In this document: one piece after another, positions 41,001-53,000 of the stretch
Position numbering within the stretch: position 1 is the stretch's first letter
How the letters are laid out: every line of letters begins with the position of its first letter
Assembly: GCA_051362555.1 (NCBI GenBank)
Contig: CM120641.1
Location: 12,648,001 to 12,712,000, forward strand
Length of the DNA: 64,000 nucleotides
Origin: Lingula anatina
Taxonomy: Eukaryota > Animalia > Brachiopoda
Reading direction: 5' to 3'
The notes under the pieces: model-generated
Told to the model about the DNA's origin: nothing
Databases searched by the model: none
The model's input: the letters and a program-made list of their open reading frames with translations, nothing else
Position numbers and translations under genes: made by a program

Positions 41001-44000
41001 TTTTTTGCAGGTTTTTTTTTCTCAGAACTGCCAGAAAACCAACTTCAAGAAAGCATATTTTGTCCTTTACCCCATTTTGTCTGTTTTATTGGTATGTTTC
41101 CAGAAATGAGCCCAAAAAATGACTGGCACTCCCTGTGTGGCTTAATTACCTTTTGATATCATTTTAGAACATGATTAATTTACAATTCAGCCAAAATATA
41201 CTTTATCTGTATCTATTTTCTTAAAAGTTCCACCATGGCCACCCGGTCGTCCAGAAGTCGGCAATGTCACCAAGGACAGTGTGGTAATTACCTGGACAGC
41301 CCCAGAGAATGATGGTGGCTCCAAAATTACCACTTACCATGTTGACCGCCGTGAGGGCAGCAGTGTGAGGTGGATGAGGGTCAACAAGACCAAACTGCTG
41401 GACCTAACAATGACCATACCAAACCTACTGGAGGGCTGTCAGTATGAGTTCCGTGTGATAGCTGAGAATGCCGAGGGACTGAGTGAACCATCTCCACCAT
41501 CAGAACTGGTGGCTGTGGAGGACAAAGATGGTAATCATTCAGATAATAGAATGTTAAATATGTATTCATTTCATTGGTAATAAATACATATTGGTGATAA
41601 ATACACCAATTCTTATTCATTTCCTCTGGAGCTGTCTGTACTATTTGAAAATAACTTGTCATCCAATTTGATATGATATGTAGACAAACTTTTGTGAACC
41701 TGTATCTAGACTTTACGATATCTGTTAAATAAATTGCTTCATTCAAGTAGTTGGACTATGAAAGCATATGATGAAACTTTCCATATGATAATATTGAAGT
41801 GATTCTTATGAACTATATTGTATTCAGCCAACCAAGCCCCAGTGTTCAGCAGTCCGCTGCAGGATACCATAGGGAAGGAAAACACCAAAGCCACCATGGA
41901 GTGCAAGGTGCAAGGCAAACCAAAACCTACAATACAGTGGTATGTAGCCATTGTTTTTCACATATGAAGGCTTGATGAATGTACATTAAGTATAATTCTA
42001 TTTTTTTGGTTATATACATTGCTACAGAAGTAATAATTTACTAAAGATGGCTGCTGCTTTCAATGCAGTGTTTTTGTTACATTCAGACATTCACTTTCAG
42101 CATGAAGAAACCCATTTATTCCTATATCTCTTGCAGGTACAAAGACATGACAGAAATCTATGAAGGTAGAAAATACAGTATGTTTGTGGAGCGTGACAAG
42201 TGTTTGCTGGAGATATTTGATGCTAAACCAGATGACACAGCAATATATGAGTGCAAAGCTACCAATAAGAAGGGACATGCTGTCACCAAGGCACTGCTCA
42301 CTGTCAAAGGTAGGTTGCATTCACCATCATAAATAAAAAGTTAGAATGAGACTGATGAGATACTTAGCTCATCTTGATTTCCTTCCTCTTTTATTGACTA
42401 GGCTGCCGCTTTGCGCTTGAATATAAAAGGGATTACAGTTACAAAACACAAACAATAATTTACAGAGATTTAAAATGAATAATGATGATAATAATACTAT
42501 ATATACATGGTTTCATATTATAATTACTTTTTGGATAAGGTATGTATTGTTGAAGTTATAAGCCTCACTATAGCTGTTTAAAAAAATTGGACAAATCATG
42601 TCTTTAAATCCTATATAAAAAATTATAAATTTCTGCCTCACAGCTCCTCCAAAGATCAACCTCCCAGCCAGATATGCAGATGGTGTCCAGGTAAACAAAG
42701 GTGACAAAATGAAGCTCAAAGTGGCAATTTCTGGACGCCCCACCCCAGAGGTCCTGTGGTTCAGAGATGGACGCCCCCTTGTGCCCTCTGACCGTGTTAC
42801 CATGGAGAACACTGACCACCATGCCACCCTGTTGATTGACAACTGTGACAAGGTGGACGATGGCATGTATAAACTGAAACTGGTCAATGACCTTGGATCT
42901 GATGCTGTCAATATACCAGTTGGAATCACAGGTAATGTGGATGAGTGTGTAAAGATTTTACTTTGAACAGTTATTGGCAGGCTGTTTTATCTTATCTGGA
43001 TTATGCAAATGATTAGCCATAAATTAGAATATGATTGTGTGTACAATGGTTAAATTGTACTTTATGTCACTAGTTAACTTTGCTGTGAATGAGCAGGGTG
43101 TTAGTAATAGATATGGATCTTTTTTATGAAACTCATGACATGCATCATTATTCAAATCAAATTGTATTCTAATTGTTTTCCACAGATCGCCCTGACCCAC
43201 CAGATGGTGCTCCTGAGGTTATTGAAGTCTACCTAGATTATGTCTCCATCGCCTGGATCCCCCCTGTAGATGATGGTGGCTCCCCTATCACTGCCTACAT
43301 TGTAGAGATGCGAGAATCAGGAATAGATGAGCCATGGGCTCGGGTAGCTACCACCCGAGGACACATCACAGAGTTGACCATAGTGGAACTAAAGGAGAAT
43401 GCAGAGTATCAGTTCCGAGTGGCTGCTGAGAACCTGTATGGAGTCAGTGAGCCTAGTGAACCATCGGAGCCAGTCAGGACTCAGCTGCCCAGAGTGGATG
43501 TGGATTATGATTCACTTGGTAAGTATGGGTGCCAAAAAGATTTGCAGTGCCCTTTGATGTCATTGCAAAGAAAAAAAATTTTTTTCAGAATAATTTTTAT
43601 TGTAGGTAACACTGATAGAGTACTGGTTCAGATAAACAGTATGTAGTAATTATTTAACATTATAAATAACAACATTAATTGATTCAGAATATAAGGTGGA
43701 TTTATATTGTTTCCAGTGGATCCTAAATTCACTTACAACAATGTCGACCTTGACAGACTGGGCAGAGATGTCCACTCCAAGTACATCATACTGGAGGAAC
43801 TGGGAAGGTATGTTAGATGATACTTATCCTTTTCAGATAAACATAATTCCAAATTATCAACAATGTGCTCTGTATCTGCTCATTTATCTGAATTAGATAA
43901 TTAAAAGCAAAAATCTTAACTGTCAAAGTACAATTGCATTTGTCTTTATTTGCACACTCACAATTTGGGAGTCCTACAAAAATAAAGTAAATGATTAGAC

Positions 44001-47000
44001 TAAGAAATATTGTACATTTACATCCAAATTCTGATTAAATCTACAATCATACTGTCATTTATCTTTTCAGAGGAGCATTTGGAGTTGTCCATAGAGCCAT
44101 AGAGCGTGCCACTGGCAAGACCTGGGCTGCCAAGTTCATCAGGTGCCCCACCAAGGCTGCCAAGAATGCAGTGAAGAGGGAGATTGATGTGATGAACAAC
44201 CTTCACCATCCTCGTCTTCTGCAACTCCATGAAGCCTTTGACATGCCTGACATGATGGTGATGATTCTGGAATTGTAAGCAAGATTTGTCCAATTTTTTT
44301 ATGATTCTAGAATTATTAGCAAGGTTTTTTCAATCTTGTTATTGTCTGTATCTCAATTTTTGTATCAAAATACTGACTAAATAAAAAATTCATATAACTC
44401 TTTAAAGTATCCAGTTTAAAAAAGATCCCAAATTTCTGTGTGAAAACCATAAGGACTGGTTGTTACCCATTGTTTTCAGTGTGTCTGGTGGAGAACTGTT
44501 TGAGAGACTGGTGGACGAGGACTTTGGTCTGACAGAGCGTGACTGCATCCACTACATGAGGCAGATCTGCGAAGGTGTGCAGCACATGCACAGGAATGAC
44601 GTTGTCCATCTAGACCTCAAGGTCAGTATAAATCTGACCATTTAGCTAGACGTTTTTCATGTCAAGCATGTAGATGTTATTTGTATAAAAGAACAAAATT
44701 ATAGTTATCAGTGTTTGATGTATTGGATAGAACTTATTTTACTACTAATTCAGTATGTTAGTACTGAAACATACTTTCATGTCTTTACTTTTTTAAGTCC
44801 ATTTGATATATGTTATTCCTTTTCAGCCTGAGAACGTCTTATGCACTACCAGTAAGAGCAAAGACATAAAGATCATAGACTTTGGTCTTGCCCACAAAGT
44901 GGAACAGGATAAGTCCATCAATGTCCTGTTTGGAACAGCAGAGTTCACTGCTCCTGAAGTTCTGAACTGGGAACCAGTCAGTGTGAAGACAGATGTCTGG
45001 TCTCTGGGAGTGGTGGCATATGTGCTGTAAGTAAACTGTATAGCTGTACGGATGTCATAAGACAAGGCTAAATTGATTTAATCACTGTTTCTTTACAAAA
45101 ATGGATGCATTTTCATTATCATGTTTTAAGTACAAAAATATATTTTAGAAATTAGTGCCTATAGACAGCAGTTTTCTTAACATCTTGGAAATGTTATTCT
45201 GTTGTTGCATTTGTGATGCCTTTTAGGATTTGTCTCACTCATAATCAGAATTTAGTTATGCAGGTATGTTTTTTTTTAACTTATATGTTTTCATTATGTC
45301 CTGAATTCAGAGTGTCAGGGTTGTCCCCATTTGCTGGTGACAATGACCAGGAGACATTTGCCAATGTGATTGCAGTGGACTACGACTTTGATGACGAGTG
45401 TTGGGAACAAATCTCACCTGATGCAAAAGACTTCATTTCTAAGTGTCTGGTCAAGGACACCAAGTAAGACATGAAAAAACCTTATATCTCTGTTGTATGA
45501 CTTACCTGGTTGCCATTTCTGAAATGTCTTATTGTCTTGAAATGAAATATAAACATGTTAACTTTTAAAAGAACAAGGTCATAAAATACAAGCCCTTAAT
45601 ACAATTGACTTTTAAATGTGGTCAATTTTTTTTTCAGGAAAAGAATGACAATTGAACAAGCCCTGAACCACCCATGGCTTAATGTAAGTCTCCGTGAAAT
45701 GTGTATTTTAACTGTCTTTATATGCATGCATTTGTACTGTGTAAAAGTGTATATTTATTTTATACCAAATTTGAATGATAAGATATTTTGATTTTTACCC
45801 CATTGCTCTCAAAAATAACATACTTGGCAATAAGCAGGCTTTGTGTTGTTGCAATGCTGACATACATGCTCACCTTAAAGATGACATAAAAACTGCTTTT
45901 TCATTTATATTAGTGTATTTGATTAATTGCTACTGTGGCTATATTATATATTGCTTGCTGCTAGTTAAAGCAAAACAATGGAAAAAACATGTGCAGACAT
46001 GTAATTTTATTTCTTTTTGTTTTTTTTCCAAAATAAGCAGATATCATCTGTGTTGTGAGCTTTTCACTGATAAGATAGAATGAAACCATGCACAATGTGT
46101 GGAAGTGTTAATATTGCCTTTTTATATTTTCACTACTTATTTTACATATGGCACCCATTTTTATTTACTTGCACAAACTACATTGCTGTCTCCTGTATTA
46201 TTATTGGTCAGGGAATTTTAAGATTTATTATTTGGCGGGCCGGTGTGGGGAGGGGATGGTTAAAATAAATTTTCTCAAGGGGACATTTGTCTTTCTGGCT
46301 TTTCCCTGTGTATAATTAAACCATCCTTGGGAATAATAAAAACCAGCATGTTGTGTGATTGCTTTACTAGCCATACCCCCAGTACCAGATGCCTCAGATA
46401 CTGGATGCTCTTGGACATCTGAAAGAGATAGAGGTAAGTCAAACTAATGGCTTGGGTTTTATTTTACACTTACAGTGTGTGCAGGAATGGCACTTCTCGC
46501 ACTGAATAAAAAATTAGAAATAAGGAATAGAGGAATGCATGAAATATTCTCACATTATTTGCAGATTTTATGTTTAATTTAGTACCAAGTTTAATTTATT
46601 AAGTTTTTAATAATTAATGTTTATTAACAGACTTATTTCATTATTTGGCCTGCTTTGTCTCATTTCATTTATATGTTCATCTTCTATTCTTCCTTCTGTG
46701 GTTTACATTTCTCTTGTAAATGTACATAGTTTGTACACTGTCAGCCTTTCCTTCCAATTTCTCTTTTTCTCTTTTTGAAGAAAAGTGTTGTAGTTTTGAA
46801 GCATAGCTATTGCATATATGTATATTGCTTACAATCTATCCACAGGGCTTGGCTGAGAGCAGAGTGCCAGACAAGCAACTGTCCACAGAACATCACAAGA
46901 GCTATCTGGCTAGGAAGAGGTGGAAGGTAAATCGTAGCATGAAAAATTAATTACTGCAAGAAAAAAGGTTTGTTAAAAGATTTAAATCTTTACTCACTTG

Positions 47001-50000
47001 TCTTCTTATAGCCATGTACAGGCACTGTCATGCTAGACACATTGTCAGACCTAACACACTGACACACATCTATATTCCAGGAGTGCATGGAGAAAGTTCT
47101 TGCTATTGGCAGACTGGCCAAGCTCAGTGCTATCTTCAGTAAGCTTACAGATGAAGGTGCCTTTGAGAGACAACTCAAGCTTGGTATGTCAGAAGTTAAA
47201 GAAGATTGTTAGACATGTAGTAGAGACAGTATACAAAGTTTTTAAATCTATTTTTAAAGTGACAGTGCCATAGTTATTGTCTGTTAACAAACCCTTCAAG
47301 TCCAGGTAAAGATTAAAAATAATAATTACTTATGTTGCTGTGTTTGAACATTGTTTGAATAGTGTTGCAAAGAATGAGAAATGTGATATCTGAATTTGAT
47401 TATTAACATTTTAAATTGAAATAACATTAAAATAAGATTCATTATTCAGAGGCAAATATTTTGTCTTAAGTTAAATTTTTATTACTTCACTTTCCACTTA
47501 GAAATGGCTGACCATGAGCCCAGAATAGAACAAGAGCTCAATGATGTCGAAGCTTATGAGGGCACAAGTGGACGCTTTAAGTGTAAGATCTCAGGCAAAC
47601 CAGTGCCAGAATTCCACTGGTACAAAGCAGGTGAAGCCTGTTTGCCTAGTGACAAATATGAGATGGTTTACAAAGACAATGTGGCAAGTTTGTACATCAA
47701 TGATGTGGAGCCAGAAGATGCTGGGATATACACATGTAAAGCTGTGAATGACATGGGAGAAATTGGCACCAGTGGGAAATTGACTGTAGAAGGTAGGGAG
47801 ATATGTTCAGTTACTTTGATTGATGGGCAATTTGTGCAGTTTGTGTATTATTGGTGGATTAAGTTAAACTACTCGTTTACATGCAAGTTGCATTTTCTGT
47901 GTTCTTATCCTCTATCTGTTTGTCCTAACTGCAGAAATATCTCAATGTCAGCATGTAGGTGAATGTGGGCCATTGTCAAAGATATATTGGGAATTTAAAC
48001 ACAAAATGATTGACACATTTATTTTTGTCAATTTACTCATGACAATTCGATTTTTTTAAGTTTTTTTTTTTTTTTTTTTTTTTTTTTTGCAATTCAGAAT
48101 CAGGTTTCAAAAAGAGAAGAAGACAATCTTTGGAGGAGGAGAGACTTAGAAAGAGGTAAAAGACTTTATACACATGGAAAAGATTTACATGACTTTATTC
48201 CAAGAAGTCCAACTGACATGCCATTTCCTTAAACATAAAGATGATTGTTTGAAACAGTGACATGTATTCTTTACAGCCCCTTTGGCTACTTTGTTTTATC
48301 TTTTTCCCCTAATTGTAAAGAGATTCCATTATTTCCTTAACTATGAAATAAATATATTTTTGAATATACCTTATGAAAACTTGCCCAAATCTTGTTAAAC
48401 TTATTACTTACAGAATACCTAAGAAGGAGCGTGAAATAACCCCGCCAGAAGAAGTAGACATTCCACCAGAGTTCACCCTGCCTCTCATGGACCAGAGCAT
48501 CAAAGTGGGTGAAAACCTAGAGATGGCAGTAACAGGTAGGTCGATGCTGTCTTTGTATTTTAATTGTCTTCTGTGCATCTTGACCATGTATATTATCTTT
48601 ATCTTTTTACATTTGTTACTTGTATTTCTCCACAAAAATTGACCTTTTTTCTTAACCAAAGCAACAAGGTACTGTATTCTACATGTATGTGGTACAGTGT
48701 AATTAGGACTTTATTAAAAGAAAGGAAGAAAAACAAAGAAAGAGATATAAAATTAATTAACACCTTTACAGCTGTATTTCCAGCATAGTGTCATACACTT
48801 CAAAAATCAAAGAATAAGGTACAGAAACTAAATATTTTTGTATCATGCTGTTGTGAATATTGTCAGGATATTCCTACTGCTTCTATATTCTTGATTTTGC
48901 AATCAACCAGTCATTTTGCATAACTGAGATTTTAGTTACTAGTGACTTAGTATCATTTTTTTGTTTCCTAATTTCCTAGTGACTTGCCGCCCTGAGCCTA
49001 ATGTAACATGGCACCACAATGGCCAAGAGATTCGACCAAGCCGCAGGTTCAAACTGGACCATGACAAGGGGGTGTACAGGATCAAGATACTTGATGTGAA
49101 GCCAGAAGATGCTGGGGAGTGGAAGTGTATAGGTGTGAACTCTCTGGGCAGAGCATCATGTGCCTGCCAGGTCACTGTCATAGGTGAGTTGTTCATATTA
49201 CATGTAGGATGGGTTTCAAATTGCTTCATTTCCTCTTGTAGAATTGCTCTCATAGGTGAGGATTTTGGGAACTGATTAAAAGTTACCAAGTAACAGTTGC
49301 TTCATAGTTGTCTGTGTGTTATATTGTCTTATTAATGTACCTAAACTAGCACTTGAAAATATTTTGAGTATATGTAAAAAGTCCATGTTATTAAGTCATA
49401 GAAAAATGCCATAACTGCAAGCAAATTTACAAAAACAAACAATATACCAAAATCACTTTGCAAAAAATTAAAGTAACACCTATATTTTTAACAGAAAAAG
49501 CCCAGCTTCCAGCAGACTATGAAGCCCCAGAATTCACCCTCAAGTTGAAGGAAGAAAAGATAGTGGAGGGCAGTGCGGCAAGGTTTGACTGCAAGGTTAA
49601 AGGTCATCCTCAGCCTGAGGTTTCTTGGTAAGATGCAGTTTACTTTCTTTGCAGAAGTCGTATGGAATTAATATGGGTTACAACACAATCTTATATTTCA
49701 ATATTTATTTATTCCATTACTTACCTTCACTGGCTTTTAAATTTGCTGCCCCACATTTTACAGATACAGCATAGATGTTGCAGTCATTTAGAGAATTTAA
49801 AAATTTTGATTTATTTACAAAATTGAAATTTTTTTTAAAGGGTCTCTCAGGTTTGATTATAGATCAAAATAAAACAATGACTGAATAATGCCTGTGTACA
49901 TTTTAGGTGCAAAGACCGAAAAGAAATCAAACATGGTCGTCACTACCAGATGCTGCATCCTGATGCAGAGACGTACCAGTTGATAATCCAGGAAGCATTC

Positions 50001-53000
50001 CCTGAAGATGCTGGTGCCTACATGTGCCGTGCTGTCAATCCAGCAGGTACCACCAGTACTGAGGCCCAGCTCAAAGTATATGGTATGTAATGTTGTTTTT
50101 CCCCGTTTTTCTATGGTAAGATGCGTGAAATATAATTAATATTTTTGAATATTAAAACATGGGGATTCCTCAATATTATATTTAATTAAATAAAAGGTTT
50201 ATAAATTGAAAATGGATTATTCGTCAATGTTTTTCAGTGCAGTGAACATTTCAGCATCTTTGTTTACTACTTTTGAAGTTCTTTTTAGCAAACAGTAATC
50301 AATCAATTTTTCAAGAAATTCAAATTTAAAAAAAATATATATAATCATAAAATTTCAGTCAATACTACGATATCAGTGAAAAATATAAGGATGGTGTGCC
50401 TAAATTCACAATACATTTTCAGCTGTTCCTGCCTCCCAAGCAGTTCCACAGAGACCTGCAGCCATTCCAGAGGAGGATGAAAAATTCGAGCCATCAGCTA
50501 GAAAATACAAATTAGACAAAGCACCAGAATTCACAGTAAAATTAAGATCCAAGATGGTGGACAGAGGAATGGATGTGAAACTGAGTTGCTCAGTGGCTGG
50601 TGTGCCCCCACCAGAGGCTGTCTGGCACAAAGATGGCAGAAAAGTCAAGGAGGATGAGAGACATGTTATCAAGGTAAGGAAGATATGATGTGGATTGTCA
50701 TTTTGCATTTATGAGAAATAATGACACCGCTTGATATAATTATTAAAAGCAAAGTATAAAATTGCATATTTAGTGAACAATGCTATAATGGGTAAGTTTA
50801 TGCTCATTCTGTATAATTGTACCTGAATTCTGTTTTTTGACTCAATAACTATGATATAATATTATAGTACCATCTTGAATTTTCTTACAAATTTCAACAT
50901 TAAAGTAAATAATCAAGCTGGAAAATGCCTGTTTTTCTTATCAATTCTTTTTAGGGGTCACTTAGCTTTGGTTATGAAAAGACATTTACATTTGCTCTAA
51001 ATTTGTAACATAAATCTTATCTTAAGAAATGATAGTAAATGAAGCAAAATTTTTTAATGTTTTTTAACATTTTAACAAATAAAGCAATTTAAGGAGCATA
51101 CAACTTCTGTCATGTTAAATTCATAAACAACATGTTTGTCACAATTAAAACAAGAAATATGCAAAAAAAAAATCTCAGTCTAAGTAAGAATTGATCTTTG
51201 AAAATAAATATTTTAGAAATCTCATCAGTATTCTGCTTATCAATCTCTGCTAGTGGTCTCTATAGAGGACAATTGTGGACATATCATTTTGACCATGTGT
51301 TGACTGGACGACCAGGAATGTCACACAACAGACATTACATCACTGTTAACATTGCAAATACAGCAATAAATCAAACTTCAATTTTGGTGATAAAACTTTC
51401 CGTGATATCTGTTCAAATAAACATAGCCCCAGATAAGCTGGAAGTAAATGAATACTAAAGTATGTCTCCTAGTGTGGCAATTAAAGGTTGCCTGACGGCT
51501 CCAACCAGCTATAACTTCAGATGGGACAGCTACAGTCAATGAAGCAATAAAATTTTGTTGACACTAAACTTGACCTAACACTTAGATCTAGACTGAACAG
51601 TTTGTGTGGAGGAAAAAGGTTAACTACTTCTCTGTTTGTTCAGCCTAAATTGCCCACTTTAATACTGCTAAGATGCATGTATATGCTTCCCAACCACACC
51701 AAACTTTGATGTCAACATTATACCATAAGACATGGTGTACAGTTTTTATAACAGGATCATTTTGAAAAGTGCATTCTTTAATATCCTCAAATAACTGAGA
51801 TAGGGTGTTGTGTCATAAAACTTGCTGTTGTATAGTCACAGTGAAAGGACTTGGTTGATCTAGGGTCTACTAGCCATCTTGAGAATTTTCAGACCAAGTC
51901 TTAAAATGGATCAGAAAGGCAGACGATATTCCAGCATAGCCCCAATTCCATATTCTAAGCAATATGGCGCCACCTACAATTCAAGAAAGATGTCACTGCC
52001 GGCAGTGCTACCAACTGCAGAATTTCAAAGACGAGCGTCCTTGTTCAGAGATCCCCAGGAAGTGTCTGAAGATGAGAAAGAAATTGATGAAAACGAGTTC
52101 AAAATTCAGTATTTTCCACCACCTGAGCAACTCTTTGTAAGCACTCACCATCATATATTTCAGAACAACTATGGACTGCTGTCGCTAGAGATCGCCAAAG
52201 CTACCCTGGAGGATGCTGGGACATACACTGTCAGTGCAATGAATAGCGAGGGAGAAGTATCATGTAATGCAACTCTGGATGTGCAAGGTAAAGACATCAA
52301 ATTGTTATAAGTTTTTTGCAGTTATATTGGAAATGACATCAAATAAATGTAGAACACGTCTCGGGGGAAAAAAGCTGCTAAAGAAAGGTATTAGGAGTTT
52401 TGGCATGTAGCTTGAAAGTTTTCCAAATAACAAATTTACACAATTTGAAAAGAATGGAAAAATATTGCAGTGTTGCAGATTTAGACATATTGTAGTAAGT
52501 TGGAGCATTTTTTTTCTCAGTAGATATCTCAGCAGATTTATATCCCTTACTAAATCCGTACAGTTGTGATATATTAAGGGAGGCATCTCACAGAAATCTT
52601 CTGTTACATGTTTTAAAAAATAAAAGTCTATTATATGTTTTAAAAAATCAAATTGATGACATGTATGTATTCATTAAAATAGCAATTTAGCGATGAAAAA
52701 CGGTCATTCACAGCAGGATACCATTACCATGATGGTACAAAATAGGCATTATCAATATTAGCCCTGTCAGTAATTTCCACAGGTAACATTTGGCTTTTGA
52801 ACAGAAAAGAATTACTTAAAGGTGAGGATTATATCACGGTAGTAAACAATGAGATGTTCATGAGTTTTATTAGTTCAGTAGGTTAAACTGATCAAGTGCT
52901 TCAACCAGTGCAGTGTATGGCTTAGTTAAAGATAAACAAACTGGACAGGGGTATGGTATACCTATAAATAGATTACTTTAAGGGTTTTCTCCCACCATAT

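Noticed and set aside
52131-52163. Donor-like TTT|gtaagc at 52136 within the internal-start ORF
   Set aside because: An intron to 52163 would be only 27 nt, and no phase-0 downstream acceptor was found; left unresolved
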